A stretch of DNA of 64,000 bases from Rhynchobatus australiae (Eukaryota). Numbering within the stretch: position 1 is the stretch's first letter; every line of letters starts with the position of its first letter. The DNA is taken from assembly GCA_034780895.1 (NCBI GenBank), contig JAUZTB010000118.1:7634655-7698654 (forward strand), in the 5' to 3' direction. Positions 1 through 12,998 of this stretch are shown piece by piece. A program made the translations under genes and the position numbers. The notes beneath the pieces are model-generated. The model was given only the letters and a program-made list of their open reading frames with translations, was not told the DNA's origin and did not search any database.

Positions 1-470
1 TAGGTAGATGCAGGGGAGGAGGGGAGAGCAGATCCACTGGGGGATGGGTCAGGGGTAAGGAGGCAGACGGCCCACAGGGGAGGGGAGGAAAAGGAAAAGG
101 AGAGAGAAGAAAATTGGTGAGAAAAAACAAGAGAGAGAGGCTGGGAAAAGGAAGAAAAGAAGCAAGTTGTGTGTGTGTGTCTGTGTGTGTGGTTGGGGGC
201 GGGGGTGTTTGGTTACTTAAAGTGGGAGAATTCAATGTTCCTGCCGTCAGGCTGCAAGGTTCCCAGACGGAAAATGAGGAGCTGTTCCTCCAGTTTGCGC
301 TTGGAATTCTCCCGGCAGTGGAGGGGGCCGAGGGCTGATGTATCGGTGACAGTGTGGGAGGGGGAGTTGAAGTGACCGGCAACAGGGAGATGCAGGTCGT
401 GGTTACAGACGGAGTTCAGTTGTTCTGTGAAATGGTTCCTCCAGCACCTGCAGTCCTTTGTTTCTCTCTG
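1..470 (-). mobile_element. Penelope-like element (PLE) remnant: C-terminus of GIY-YIG endonuclease plus 3' UTR
   Basis: ORF 213..497(-) reads HFTEQLNSV...LPVAGHFNSPSH...C...RKLEEQLLIFRLGTLQPDGRNIEFSHFK*, the characteristic PLE GIY-YIG C-terminus. Purine-rich UTR at 1-210. Short oppositely oriented pLTR end at about 438-468. Confidence 0.85.
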
Positions 471-673
471 ATGTTGTTTGACTGAAGTCAGACTCATCCG
501 AGGAAACCGATTTTGTTGGGATGATCTGGCAGTCTCACAGTGAACTTGTGGTCATCACGGTTGATTCTGTCTGTTTTATTCCAGACTTATTTAACTAACA
601 GAGTTCCCAGCGTTGCCAAGGTAGGAATCAGGCACGAGGCTCTGGATTACTGGTACAGGTCTCTGGATTACTC

Positions 674-928
674 ATAGAACCATAGAAAACTACAGCACAG
701 AAAACAGGCCATTTGGCCCTTCTAGTCTGTGCTGAAAGTTCATTCTGCTAGTCCCATTTACCTGCACCCAGCCCATAACCCTCCAGACCTCTCCCGTCCA
801 TGTATCTGTCCAAACTTATTCTTAAAACTCAAGAGTGAACCTGCATTTACCACATCAGATGGCAGCCCATTCCACACTCCCTCCACTCTCTGAGTGAAGA
901 AGTTCCCCCTAATGTTCCCCCTAAACCT
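674..928 (-). mobile_element. CR1 LINE 3' end fragment
   Basis: ORF 758..940(-) contains RGNFFTQRVEGVWNGLPSDVVNAGSLLSFK (CR1 ORF2 C-terminus). Typical CR1 3' UTR and catagaa-type tail at about 674-700. Confidence 0.85.
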
Positions 929-1759
929 GATTGACAGCACTTAGTTGATGATTGCAAGTTGACTGATCAGCTGCATTGGTGTCCCTTTTTATGAGATTTC
1001 CCACTTTGTCACATGATATCAGTATTGTAATCAAACTGGAACACTTAAGGAACAGCTAGTTCTGATGGACAAATCTTCAGTACTACAGCTTGAATGTTGG
1101 CTGGTCCCATGGCCTTTTTTTTGCATCCATTTCTCAGCCATCTCTTAATACTACTTGGACTGACTCAAATTAGCTGAAGAATGGAGTCTCTGATGGTGGA
1201 CATCTCACAGGAAACTGATGGACCATCCACTTGGCATTTGAGCCCAGCTTGAAAGCTACTGCCTTGACTTTAGCACTCATTTGCTTGACCCTGCCATTGT
1301 TGAAGGAGGGATTGTTCTCGGAGCCCTTTCCTTCCATTACCTGTCCATCATCATTCAAGGCTCGATGTGCTGGAACAACAGATATTTGATCTGATATACT
1401 CGTCGAGGGATTGGTTAGTTGTGCGTGTGTGAAAGTGCATACTGTTATGGTACTGACTGCGAGAGGATGGTTAAGATCAGTGAATGACATAAAGAATGTC
1501 AGGAGAAGGTTTCAATAGGAGAAGATGATAGAATCTGATATTACCAACAGAAGGAAGAAAACAAATGCTGCAGATGTGAGTTGCACAATTGTTATAACTG
1601 ATTATCTGAAACCACTGAATTGAGTGCTGAGTTCCAAAGGTTAATATTGTGCCTTGTCTGAAGCTGAGGTGCCTCAAGCTTATGAAAAGCAAAAATCTGC
1701 AGATGATATAAACCTGAAATAAAAACAGAAAACTGCTGTCTGACCTGTTGAGTGCAGAA

Positions 1760-2210
1760 GAGATTCACCAGAGTGTTGCTTGGAATGGAGGGCGGCAGTA
1801 ATAAAAAGAGATTGGATAGGCTGGTTCATTCTTACTGGAACGTAGGAGGCTGAGGTGTGACCTTGTGGAGGTTCACAAAAGCATGAGGGGCGTAGGTAGG
1901 ATAGGGGAGGATAGTCTAGCACGAGAGGGCACAGGTTAAAGGTGACAGGGGAGAAATTTAAAGGAGGTCTGAGGGGTAAGTTTTTCACACGGAGCGGTGG
2001 GTATCTGGAACGAGCATCAGAAGAGGTGGTGAACACAGATACTATTGCAAAATACACAAGGTATTCGAAGAGCCAATTGGATAGAGAAAGACTAGAGGGA
2101 TATGGGCTAATGCGGGCAAATGGGATTAATGTGGATTGACATTGTGGTTGGCATAGATGAGGTAGGCCATAAGGACCAGTTTCTGTGTTGTATGTTTCCA
2201 TGATTCTGAT
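1760..2210 (+). mobile_element. CR1 LINE 3' fragment (degenerate)
   Basis: Translates to RGHRLKVTGEKFKGGLRGKFFTR; followed by CR1 3' UTR ending ...tttctgtgttgtatgtttccatgattctga. Confidence 0.8.
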
Positions 2211-5200
2211 ATTTCTCTAGCACCTCCATCCCCATTCAAGACTCAGCATAGATCGGATTCCTGAGCACCAACAAATGAATATTATTCAATGTCCATTGAA
2301 TGAAGTTACCATTTCACAAACCTGGCAGCTATAAATGATTGACTGGAAAACCTGAAGGAGTATTCTTATCACTGTTTGTTGAAAGCTTTCTGTTTTCAGT
2401 CATCTTCTATCCAATTCTGTTGAAGTTGATAGCTTTATAAATCACATTATCTTCCTTGTGAACAGCTTAGCTTGTCAATTTGGATTTGAATCAGTCTATG
2501 ATTGCACTGCAGTTTAATGATTACTTAGATATCAAAAATAGCAAAATTGTAGTGGACTTGTTTCACCATGGAAATAACTAAATTTTAAACGTTTTCATCA
2601 CACATTCCACATGTGTGCTGACAGCATCAAATTCTCACATTGCACATTGACTAAGGTTCACATTATAAATGAAGGGACAATGGTGCATCTAACTGCTCTG
2701 TGGTGAAGCTGTCATATAGAACAAAACTGGAAATGGATTACATACTTTGCAGATTAATGACTAACACTATCCATTCCTACAAAAGCATTCCCGCTCCATC
2801 TGCCTTCCCATTGGTGGACATAATTTCAACAGCGAGGATCCCAAACTCTAATATTATATTCCCGCTGGTCTTAGTAACAGCATGAAACCACTGATTATCA
2901 TAAAATCCCAATTGGTTCTCTTGTTTGCTTCGGGGAAGGAAATCTGCCATCCTTACATTATTTTGTCTACTTATGATTCCAAATCCACTNNNNNNNNNNN
3001 NNNNNNNNNNNNNNNNNNNNNNNNNNNNNNNNNNNNNNNNNNNNNNNNNNNNNNNNNNNNNNNNNNNNNNNNNNNNNNNNNNNNNNNNNNNNNNNNNNNN
3101 NNNNNNNNNNNNNNNNNNNNNNNNNNNNNNNNNNNNNNNNNNNNNNNNNNNNNNNNNNNNNNNNNNNNNNNNNNNNNNNNNNNNNNNNNNNNNNNNNNNN
3201 NNNNNNNNNNNNNNNNNNNNNNNNNNNNNNNNNNNNNNNNNNNNNNNNNNNNNNNNNNNNNNNNNNNNNNNNNNNNNNNNNNNNNNNNNNNNNNNNNNNN
3301 NNNNNNNNNNNNNNNNNNNNNNNNNNNNNNNNNNNNNNNNNNCAGTTTGGGACCCTGAAAATCTTCAGACTGAAAATGACAGAGAGTATGCTTGTATAGC
3401 CAGCCAGTTACATTCATGGTAGGAAGCAGATCTCCTTTTCCAAAGCTTCACCTTACCTGCCAGCTTCGATTGTCATTCTTGTTTTATTCCTTTATATGAA
3501 TCCATTATGGTGAGCACTTCTCCACCGGAGGTTTGAGGATGTGGGTGACAATCACTGCTTGCTGCAAGTGAGCCCACATCTCAGCACCAAACAACTTTTG
3601 ATAGAAACTTTGGATATAAGCACAGCCCAGGCTACTAGGTTTCTCATTCCTACCCTGCAGGAACTAATGGGCTGAAAATATAACTATAAAAAATGCACAC
3701 CAAGATGTAAATCTGCAAAAGTATTTTGGCACTAGTGGTGCAACATGATGGAGGAATCTAAAACATACACTCGTACCCAATTGGAATGAAAAAAAAAATC
3801 GCATGAATTGCAAACCCTCAGCTAGAAGGAAATAAAAAGAAACAGAAGGACTTAGATTTATAAACCACCTTTTACAAAACTATTTATTGCTAACTACTAC
3901 TTTGGCAGTGTTGGTCACTATTATAAAGTGGGAAATATTCANNNNNNNNNNNNNNNNNNNNNNNNNNNNNNNNNNNNNNNNNNNNNNNNNNNNNNNNNNN
4001 NNNNNNNNNNNNNNNNNNNNNNNNNNNNNNNNNNNNNNNNNNNNNNNNNNNNNNNNNNNNNNNNNNACTGCCATCCATTTAGCTCCTGGATGACATATCT
4101 CTGAACTTCATTTACCCACATTTGATGCATATCCCTGAGCACCCTAACCACACATTTCACCCAATCTAAATAATTTCAATTGACCCAACATCCACAGCCT
4201 TTAGGAAAGGAAAATTCATGAGTAAATGAACAACCCTTGACCTCTTGATCCTCTTATTAGCCATTAACAGATGTAAAAGCATTTCTATGAACAGAATTTC
4301 ATACAGTGATAAGGGAAATACAGCTTAATCTGCAAATTACTTCCTGACTTATTCATGATCTCTGGTGGTTAATGTGCACAAGGTAAATGCATCTCAATTG
4401 TTAGTGAAAAAATATCTATTTATTACACATCTCCTGAAACAAACATCCCCTGAGTGAGATCTTGATCTTTTATCTAACAATTTGTATTTGTTCTTGTCAT
4501 AATATATGCAAACAAGCTATCATTTGTGTGCCATCATTCCTAAAATGACTGCTCATCATGGATAGACCAAAGTCTATAAAATGGCAGTGATATTCAGCAT
4601 GATTGTAAGCCCATATTCAAGCTGACTGCTTCCATCAGACCAGTGCTCAGTCAGTCCTTGTGAAAAACTGCTACAGGGATACCCAGTGAAGGCTAATTAC
4701 TGTTGTTTGGATTGGTTCCTGTTCATAAATCTCCAGCAACTCTCTTCCCAGAGAAGACACACTATTTACAACAGAAGAAATGAGTAGGAAATGACAGCAT
4801 ATTTTCATTTTCACCTTCTAATGTATTTTCTTAAAATTATTCAGTGTAAAAGAAGTTCAGTTTTACNNNNNNNNNNNNNNNNNNNNNNNNNNNNNNNNNN
4901 NNNNNNNNNNNNNNNNNNNNNNNNNNNNNNNNNNNNNNNNNNNNNNNNNNNNNNNNNNNNNNNNNNAGTGTAAAAGAAGTTCAGTTTTACAAATGGAACG
5001 AAGCTTCAACAGTCACAATCATTTTGCCTGTAAAATACTTTCAGGTGCGACACCTTTTGATGTGAAATGCATGTTAAACGTAAGACTTTTATTACATCCA
5101 ATTGATAGGAAAGTAGTTGTGAATTACTTCAATAATCTGCCATTGCTTAAATATTCTGGTGCAGTAGTGCACAATTGTTTAATAAATCAATATATATTTT

Positions 5201-5269
5201 ACTGCACTCAAACATTTTATTAGATACCACATCACAAGAAAAGTTAAATTCTCAAGATGTTGACATATA

Positions 5270-5880
5270 CTAGGAACAGAATAGGAACTGATCCTGCTCC
5301 ACCATTCAATAAAACCATGCTCCTTATTTGCTCTTCAGTCAAATCACATGTCCCTCGAATCACTGAGAGTACAAAAATCTATCAGTCTAAGCTTTCAGTG
5401 TACTCTGTGACTGCGCAGCCTTAACTGTCTAGGGTAGAAAATTCCAAAGATTTACAATACTCCAAATAAAGAAACTTCTCCACATACGAGTCCTAAATGC
5501 CAAGCTCCTTACTTTGAGATTATGCTTTCTAGTCCCATATCCTTCATTCTAAGCAAACAGCCTCTCNNNNNNNNNNNNNNNNNNNNNNNNNNNNNNNNNN
5601 NNNNNNNNNNNNNNNNNNNNNNNNNNNNNNNNNNNNNNNNNNNNNNNNNNNNNNNNNNNNNNNNNNCAGCATCTACTCTCAGAATCGTGCATGTCACAGA
5701 AATCTTACCTTTCATTCTTCTAGACTCGCAAGAATATAGGCCAAACTTTCTCAATCTCCCTTCAAAGGACAATGGTCTAATTCCATCAACCAATCTAATG
5801 AATCTGTCCTGATACCTTAGGTAAGGAGTACTCCAGGTGTGGTCTCCCAAAACCTTGTAAAATGGTAACAAGGCTTCTTC
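5270..5880 (-). mobile_element. CR1 LINE 3' fragment (old, gapped)
   Basis: ORF 5509..5997(-) contains QDRFIRLVDGIRPLSFEGRLRKFGLYSCESRRMKG, matching the CR1 pattern 'QRRFTR.I.G...LSYEERL..LGLYSLE.RR.RG'. Confidence 0.7.
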
Positions 5881-6306
5881 ACTACTGTGCCTCCTTGCAA
5901 AAAAAAACAGTCCTGACCAGAGCGATGCTTGATGCATCTTGATTTCATCAACTCTCGAAGTAAGAACATAGACATTTTCCTCACTTAGAATGGGCATTTA
6001 TATCATTGCCTTTACAATAAATATTTTGATTATCATTTTTTTTTATTCATGTGCTATAACTGGAATCAGAACAGTACGAAAACCGATAATTTGCCCCATC
6101 ATGTCTGGATCAGGTTTTGGCTCCATATGAGCTACCTAGGAACATCCTTTCAAACTGTTTGCTGGCCACATTTTTAGGCAACTTAAAGGGACATAGTTGT
6201 AGCCAGCCAGAGGGTAGATGATTGGATAACACTGCTGTCAGTCAAGTCTAATGGCCACATTGCTTTCTTGGCTGAGATTTTATGCACATGTACTTCATGT
6301 GCAGTG

Positions 6307-6525
6307 AAGAATCTGCTGAAGGAACTCACTGGGCTGAGCAACATCCGTGGGGGGAGAGGAATTGTCAACATTTCAGATCAAAAACCTGCATCAGGATTTA
6401 TCCCAATGCATGGTTTCAGCCTGAAATGTCGACAATTCTTTTCCCCCTCAGATGCTGCTTGACCTGTTGAGATCCTCCAGCAGATTATTTGTTGCTCCAG
6501 ATTCCAGAAACTTCTTGTTTCTCTG
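6307..6525. mobile_element. Fold-back (inverted) Penelope pLTR remnant with two degenerate hammerhead motifs
   Basis: About 90-bp arms (6307-6397 vs 6400-6490) are reverse complements, e.g. aatctgctgaaggaactca/tgagatcctccagcagatt and gaattgtcaacatttcag/ctgaaatgtcgacaattc. The minus strand reads ctgatgcagg...ctgaaatgttgac. Confidence 0.8.
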
Positions 6526-8089
6526 CATTTCACTTGTATCTATCCTCTACTTGCAGCATTTTTCTGGAGAAATCACCTTCCTTTTATTGGTAAAAGCTTC
6601 TGTAGTTTTTTGTTCCTTTTCTATTTGGACTGACTCATTTGAGTTTGTTGTAGAATCATTTATTTGGTAAGGTCATATGTCATCCATAAGACTCAGTCAC
6701 AGCCTTCCTTGCCAAAGAATTTTGCAAGGTTAGCCAGGGTTATCACCATTTTCTCCCTGGTAATCCTATACTGTTACAAAGATTTTGCAGAGATTTATAT
6801 GGGTCTCATATCAAAAAAGAGAAAGAAAAGTTTGAGAAGTAATATTCCTGATTTTTTTTAATACTTGTATAAGAAACAGTTCTACATAAGTTCAAAAGCT
6901 ATCAGAAAGCTGGTAAATTGTAAAGGCAGTAATTCATGTGGAGAAAACATTCCTGTCGAGTTTGCAGTTTAATAGCATTCACTGAAGTTAGCACAAATTG
7001 TAGTGAGATATACCTGTAGTATAAGTTTGTTTGAATCTTGTCATTTCNNNNNNNNNNNNNNNNNNNNNNNNNNNNNNNNNNNNNNNNNNNNNNNNNNNNN
7101 NNNNNNNNNNNNNNNNNNNNNNNNNNNNNNNNNNNNNNNNNNNNNNNNNNNNNNNNNNNNNNNNNNNNNNNNNNNNNNNNNNNNNNNNNNNNNNNNNNNN
7201 NNNNNNNNNNNNNNNNNNNNNNNNNNNNNNNNNNNNNNNNTCCATTGTTTGTAACCAAACAGGACTGACAGCTGAATCATGACCTCTGAAAGAATTCATG
7301 CAGCAAACCAGATTTGTACAGTATACATGAAGGTTCCACTTTTTGAGGGTGCTTGTAGATATGGGAGGATAAGCAAAGTAATTATTAGATAAAATAACTT
7401 AATTGTAAGCCTGTAGCTTAAACCTGAAATTGTTTCAAGTTCAGCCTGTCACACAAAGGAGAAAAGAACTTACAGTCCATGTTGTTCTAATCACAACCTC
7501 AAGACATCCTGGATAGCTTTCCAACCAATTAAATATTTGTAAGATGTTGGCACTATTGAAATGATGGAACCAATTTGCATAGAGACCAACTTTATCAAAA
7601 ATTCAATTCCAGTCCTGGCAACTCCTCAACAGAGTGTTTACAATCCAGACCCTGCTGATCTTAATCCTAGATGAGGGACAATAACAACACCCAGACTCAC
7701 GTTGCTCAGGAGTTTGCAAGTAGTGACAAATGTAGTTGCCCAATGCTCATATCAAGGCATAAATGTATGGTCTGTTCAGGGGGATTAAGTGAACAAGAGA
7801 TTACAATTGCAGGTGGCATGCTTGATTCCTGCTGGCTTGAGACAGATGGTGATAGCTGGAGGCAAGCAATTATCTTCTGAGAAGAGGCTAGAGACACATT
7901 TGCCCCGTTTTAATGATGCCACATAATCTCCAACACAACAGGCAAATGTTTCTGGTTTTCTCCTCAACAGTGGGCGAAAGCATCATGGCTTCACTCTGAC
8001 ACAATCTTCGTGGCAATATTTCAGCATGGCTTCCAAAGGCAGCAAATTGCCCCTTTTTGTGATGAATTAATTTTTCAGGATCTGGCCAT

Positions 8090-10020
8090 TGCCAACAAGG
8101 AGAGCACATATTGTCCATCCTCGACCGCCTTTGATTAGATGATTGTGAGCCCATCACAATATCTTGAACCACTGCAATCCTTCTGGTGAAGGCACTCCCA
8201 CAGTGCTGCTGGGAGTGAATTTCAGGATTTAGATGAAGTGATGATGAAGGATCAGCAATATACTTCCAGTTTAGGACCATGTACAATTTGGAAGATCCCC
8301 ATGTATCTGTTGCTTGTGTCCTTCTCAGTGATACCATTCCAGAGTGTGGAAGGTGCTTTGGAGTCATCTGAGTAACTGCAGTACGTTTTGTAGATGGTGC
8401 ACACTGCAGTCACAATGCACCAGCAGTGGTGGGAGTGAACACTTAGGGTTGTGGATGGGTTGAATTTCAACTGGGTTCCTTTGTCCTAAATAGGATTAGA
8501 ATTCTTGAGTATTGTAGGAGCTACACTCATCCAAGCAACACATATCTGATTTGTGCCTTGTAGTCTGTCACGCTAAAGAGAAAGACCTACAGTTATGTTC
8601 ACATCACAATCTCAGAAGTTCCCAGATAAATTTCCAACCAATTAGGTATTTGTGAAGGATCATCACATATCTGACTTGTGCCTTGTAGATAGTGAAAAGC
8701 CTTTGGGGTCTCAGTAGATGTGTCACTCCCACAGGATACCCAGCCTCTGATCAACTCTTGTAGACACAGTGTTTATGTGGTCAGTCCAGAGGAATCTTTG
8801 CTCAATGATGATGTGGAATATTGATGATCGGGGGGTACTCAGCAACGGTATTGGCATTATATTCGAGGATTAGGTTCCATCATACAGGATATCATCTTTA
8901 CCTGTTAATTTTGCAGTGTAAATGTTATTTGCCTGGTATCAACCTATACCCAAGTGTTGTCTAGGTCTTACTGCTTATGGGCATGGGTGGCTTCATTTAA
9001 AGTCATAAANNNNNNNNNNNNNNNNNAGCATGGAAACAGGCCTTTTGGCCCAACATCCATGCTGGCCAAAATGCCCATCTAAGCTAGTCCCATTTGCCCA
9101 CATTTGGCTCATCTCTTTTTAAACCTTTCATATCCATGTGCCAGTCCAAATGGCTTTTAAGTGTTGTCATTGTACCCTCCTCAACCACTTCCTTTGGCAG
9201 CTTGTTCCACATACACACCACCCTCTGCGTGAAGAAGTTGCCCCTTCAGCCCCTTTTTAATCTTTCCCCTCTTACCTTAAACCTATGCCCTCTAGTTTTT
9301 AATCTCCTTTCCATGGGAAAAAGACTGTGTGCATTCACCCTATCTATGCCCCTCATGTTTTAAACACAGTTTTCTATGATCCAGTGAATAAAGTCCTTGC
9401 CCACCCGAGCTTTCCTTATAATTCAGGCCCTCGAGTCCTGGCAACATTCTCGTAAATCTTCTTTGCACTCTTTGCAGCTTAATAACATCTTTCCTGTCAC
9501 AGGGTAACCAAAACCAATTCCATGGAAGGGATTACCAGATGTCACTTACCTTCATTTGCTGAAGATGTGCGAATGGAACTCCACATTGTGCAATCATCAG
9601 CAAATATCCTCACTTCTGATTTTACCGTGGAAGGACAATGATTAGTGAAGCAGCTGAAGGTGGCTGGGCCTAGGACACTGCCCTGAGGAACTCCTGCACT
9701 GAGGTTCTGGGGTTGGAGTCAACCACAACAACTTCAGTTGTGTGAGGTATGAGTCCATCCACGAGAGTGTTTTCCTTTGAACACTCGTTGACTTCACCTT
9801 TACCAGGATGCCTTCACGCCACATTCAGTCAACTGTTACCTTCTTGCTACCAGCAGTCACTCTCACCTCACCTCACCTCCATTATAGCTCTGGCCCAATA
9901 TTTGATTCACACTTGGCCAAAGCTATGAAGAGATCTGGACTCATGTAGACCTGGGAATCAATTCTTAGCACTGTCGATGATACCTTCCATCGCTCTGTTG
10001 GTAGACTGGACAGTAATTAC
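8090..10020 (-). mobile_element. Old CR1/L2-group LINE remnant with RT core, split by younger insertions
   Basis: Minus strand of about 9560-9700 translates to AGVPQGSVLGPATFSCFTN...EVRIFADDCT (non-LTR RT motifs). About 8665-8690 gives YKAQVR. Interrupted at 8564-8663 and 8999-9549. Confidence 0.8.
8999..9549 (-). mobile_element. CR1 LINE 3' fragment nested in older LINE, 8-bp TSD
   Basis: CR1 3' UTR and ORF2 end (minus strand RGHRFKVRGERLKRG.RGNFFTQRVV). Flanked by cttcattt at 8991-8998 and 9550-9557. Confidence 0.85.
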
Positions 10021-10309
10021 TTGGACTAGATTATGTTTAAACAGTTAACCAGCATCTGTTTGTGATACCTTTTGATAATTGAGAACATAATCTAATAGTA
10101 AACCATATATTAACTCTAAATTAAAATGAAGGCGTAAAGCCAGTGGATTTGTGTCCAAGCCAGTAACTTTGGGACAGTCATCAAGATTTATTCCAACAAA
10201 GAGTTATCACTGTGGAATGAATTTTCAGAGAATAGCAATTTTAATTTCTAGAGATAGATCAATTATGATTGGCTGAATGGCCTTCTATATTCTTGCAAAG
10301 GATAGGGTT

Positions 10310-10745
10310 AGATTAGTTTATTGTCATATACACCACTGTGCAATGAAATTCCTTGTTTGCATGAAGCTCACAGAGTAAATAGTATACAGGGTAATAAATA
10401 AGTACAACAAGAAGAATAATGAGTGTAAAACATTAGAATGGTGTAAAGATTGTAGTGCAATCTGAAGTAGTGCAACAAAAAATAAAGTGTCAGTAGTGGA
10501 ATAACCAAGAGCGGTAGAGTTCAGAGTACGAGAACGTGGCAGCATCGTCAGGAAGGAAGTGTGAAAGGGGTGATTGGTTCAGAAGTCTGATAGCAATGGG
10601 GTAGAAGCCGTTCTTAAGTCTGGACAGACTTCCAAGCTCCTGTATCTTCTCCCAGAAGGTAGAAGAGAGAAAAGAAAATGGCCAGGGCAGCAGGCACTCT
10701 TGATGAGACCACTCGTCTTCCTGAGGCAATGCACCATGAAGAGAG
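10310..10745 (-). mobile_element. Rex1/Babar LINE 3' fragment
   Basis: ORF 10579..10788(-) contains HCLRKTSGLIK...PGHFLFSLLPSGRRYRSL, the Rex1-type C-terminus. 3' UTR similar to other copies in the window. Confidence 0.8.
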
Positions 10746-11979
10746 AAAGAACTCCAATGATGAGAATACACAGATAAGGCCAGGCCACTTCCAGTCTTAT
10801 GATTTTGATATAACATTGCTCAGAGCTGTTTCAGGATGACCTGCCTTTGTTCAAGTAAGAAATCTTTCTCACGCTGAAAGGCACTGAATGAAGCAAAGGT
10901 TCTAATGAAGTTGTTTAAGCAGGCTGCAGGTCAGCCTGGAGATATTAACAGGTCAGGTCTGCCTATGTCAACAAAAACAGAACTCCGGCTTCACTATGAT
11001 AGAAATGTAAGTGTTTGTGGCTCCAGAATACTCAAACATCAGAATAATTATCTTCAGCGGCAACCACTCAGGATCCAATGATGACTTGCTTCCACATAGT
11101 TTTGTGGTGACTGATGAAGGCAATAGGGAGACTGCAAACTCTACTGTGATGATATTGAGCGTACCATCTGAGAGCTCTAAACTTAAGTCAAGACTTTAAG
11201 TTCTATCTGGCATAAGTATCTACGAATACCCTCACGATAGGGAGATTATACTGTATCAACCTACATTTCAAGGACCAGTTCACTTCACTACTTTAGTCTC
11301 TACGGAAAGGTCGAGCTGTCAATATTCATTAATTCAAGTGGTGGTTCCCTCCTCCCATCCAAGGAGAAAATGCTTCCAGTTAACGAAGCAGTTTAACCAC
11401 AATTTATTTTATTTTAAGAGAGACACGTTTACTTCTAATAAGTAATTCTTAACGATGACTTGCAATGTACAAAGGATTTCCAAATGCAAGTACAATTCTT
11501 ACAAGCTAAAAAGTCAAACCAGCAAGTTGCAGATGGACAAGTCGTCCATCACAAAAACCAAAAGCTGAGGAATGAATTCTAGGTCTTTGTTCTGCAACCC
11601 CTTCCCTCCGACATTCCCCCTACCCTGACTGCTTTCTAACATTTATACTGTTTTTTCACTTAGTTGACATCATTGGCGTGTGATGTTTTTTCAACCACAT
11701 TTTCAGCCCAGGTGACTGGAGTGTTTAATTAAGTAAACATGGATCACATTTTCTCTTGTTTATGTTGAGAGGCTGAACAGGGAATATTGGTTAGAAGTTT
11801 AACTGAGCAAACAACAAACATCTTGAGTTTTGGGCAATTTCTGTTATTTTTGCAAAAAGGATTTTAGCTTAATGAGCAACCACTTCTTAACCTTTGAACA
11901 GGTTATGCTGATGTTCTAAAAAGCTGAAGTTAGCAATAAGCCTTTTTGGGGTCCGGAAGGTGAATATCCATCACACTGC

Positions 11980-12240
11980 CACAAAGGTGACAGGAGGTGA
12001 CTGACAGGGCAGTCTGTGAGGTGGCCCACTCCTTTGCTGTTTACACAGGGTTTCTCAATACCATCCTGAATACTCCTTCTCCACTTCGAATGGTCATATA
12101 TTCTCAGAACTCAGTGGGGATATTGTACTTTTCCCAAGGCTTTAAGCACATGTTTAAATCTTTTCCTCTGTCCACCTGGTAACCTTTTCCATGAAATATA
12201 ATTATAGCCCTCAGTGGGATCTTGTGTCATTTAATTGATA
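11980..12240 (-). mobile_element. RTE/BovB-type LINE fragment
   Basis: Minus strand around 12140-12195 encodes GKRLPGGQRKRFKHVLK, matching the RTE C-terminal GGQ.KRFKD.LK motif. Confidence 0.65.
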
Positions 12241-12960
12241 CAGCAGTTACCAAGGTAAAACAAGTAAAGAGGAGATACCATCATGGAAAATTGATAAATT
12301 GCTTGGCACACGAAGGTAACTCTGAATAATACTGGGTTACTTTCTTGTNNNNNNNNNNNNNNNNNNNNNNNNNNNNNNNNNNNNNNNCTGATTAGCTGGC
12401 AAATAGATTCAGAGTCATAACCTTATTTTAGAAAATACTTCATCAAAGTATTTTCTGAAATAAGAGCTATCAACATGTGAAAAGAAATTGTTAATATATA
12501 TTGTTAATAATAATTTCAATTGATTGTTCCAGTGTAAAGCCCCACTTATCCAATGGATGCAAAATGCGTTCAAAGTAAAATTTGAGCTGATGTGGTTCTT
12601 GCTGAAGAGCTGTATCTTTAAATTATTACATCAAAGTTCCACGGGAAGTCGCAGAGCCGTGTGTTTCACCGTGCAGACTGTGATGTAGCTTGACTGTTCT
12701 GTAAACATTAGTCTGGCAACTGGCCTGTGGCTGGAGACAGTGCCCGAACCTATTCCATAGTAAATGAGCAAAAGGGATTAGCAAAAGAAGCAGAAACACA
12801 AAAGCAAAGGTTAAAAGGTCTTGGGCTCTTAAACTTTGCCATACTGGTATTTCCCTATGCTTGTTTGTCACTAAGGTCTGTTTATCTGTTGATCTAAGGT
12901 CTGAAACCTATTGTTTTGAAGGTCAAAGTAGCATGAGTCCTACATACAAATGAAACTTAC

Positions 12961-12998
12961 TGAATCTTGTTCCCTCCTTCTGGCAAGTTGCTTTCCAT
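12961..12998 (-). CDS. Candidate first coding segment (MESNLPEGGNKI-) of an unidentified spliced gene; lies in candidate exon 12961-13172
   Basis: Minus strand has aaaatcATGG (Kozak-like) at 12998, then 38 coding nt and a consensus donor CA|gtaagt at 12960. Upstream acceptor ttatccAG|ctc at 13173-13174 is preceded by an ~80-nt pyrimidine tract (about 13190-13272). Unique, non-repeat sequence. No homolog recognised. Confidence 0.5.

Noticed and set aside
4843-4990. Direct repeat agtgtaaaagaagttcagttttac on both sides of a gap
   Set aside because: An exact duplication flanking a 100-N gap indicates an unmerged contig overlap (assembly artefact), not a TSD or LTR.
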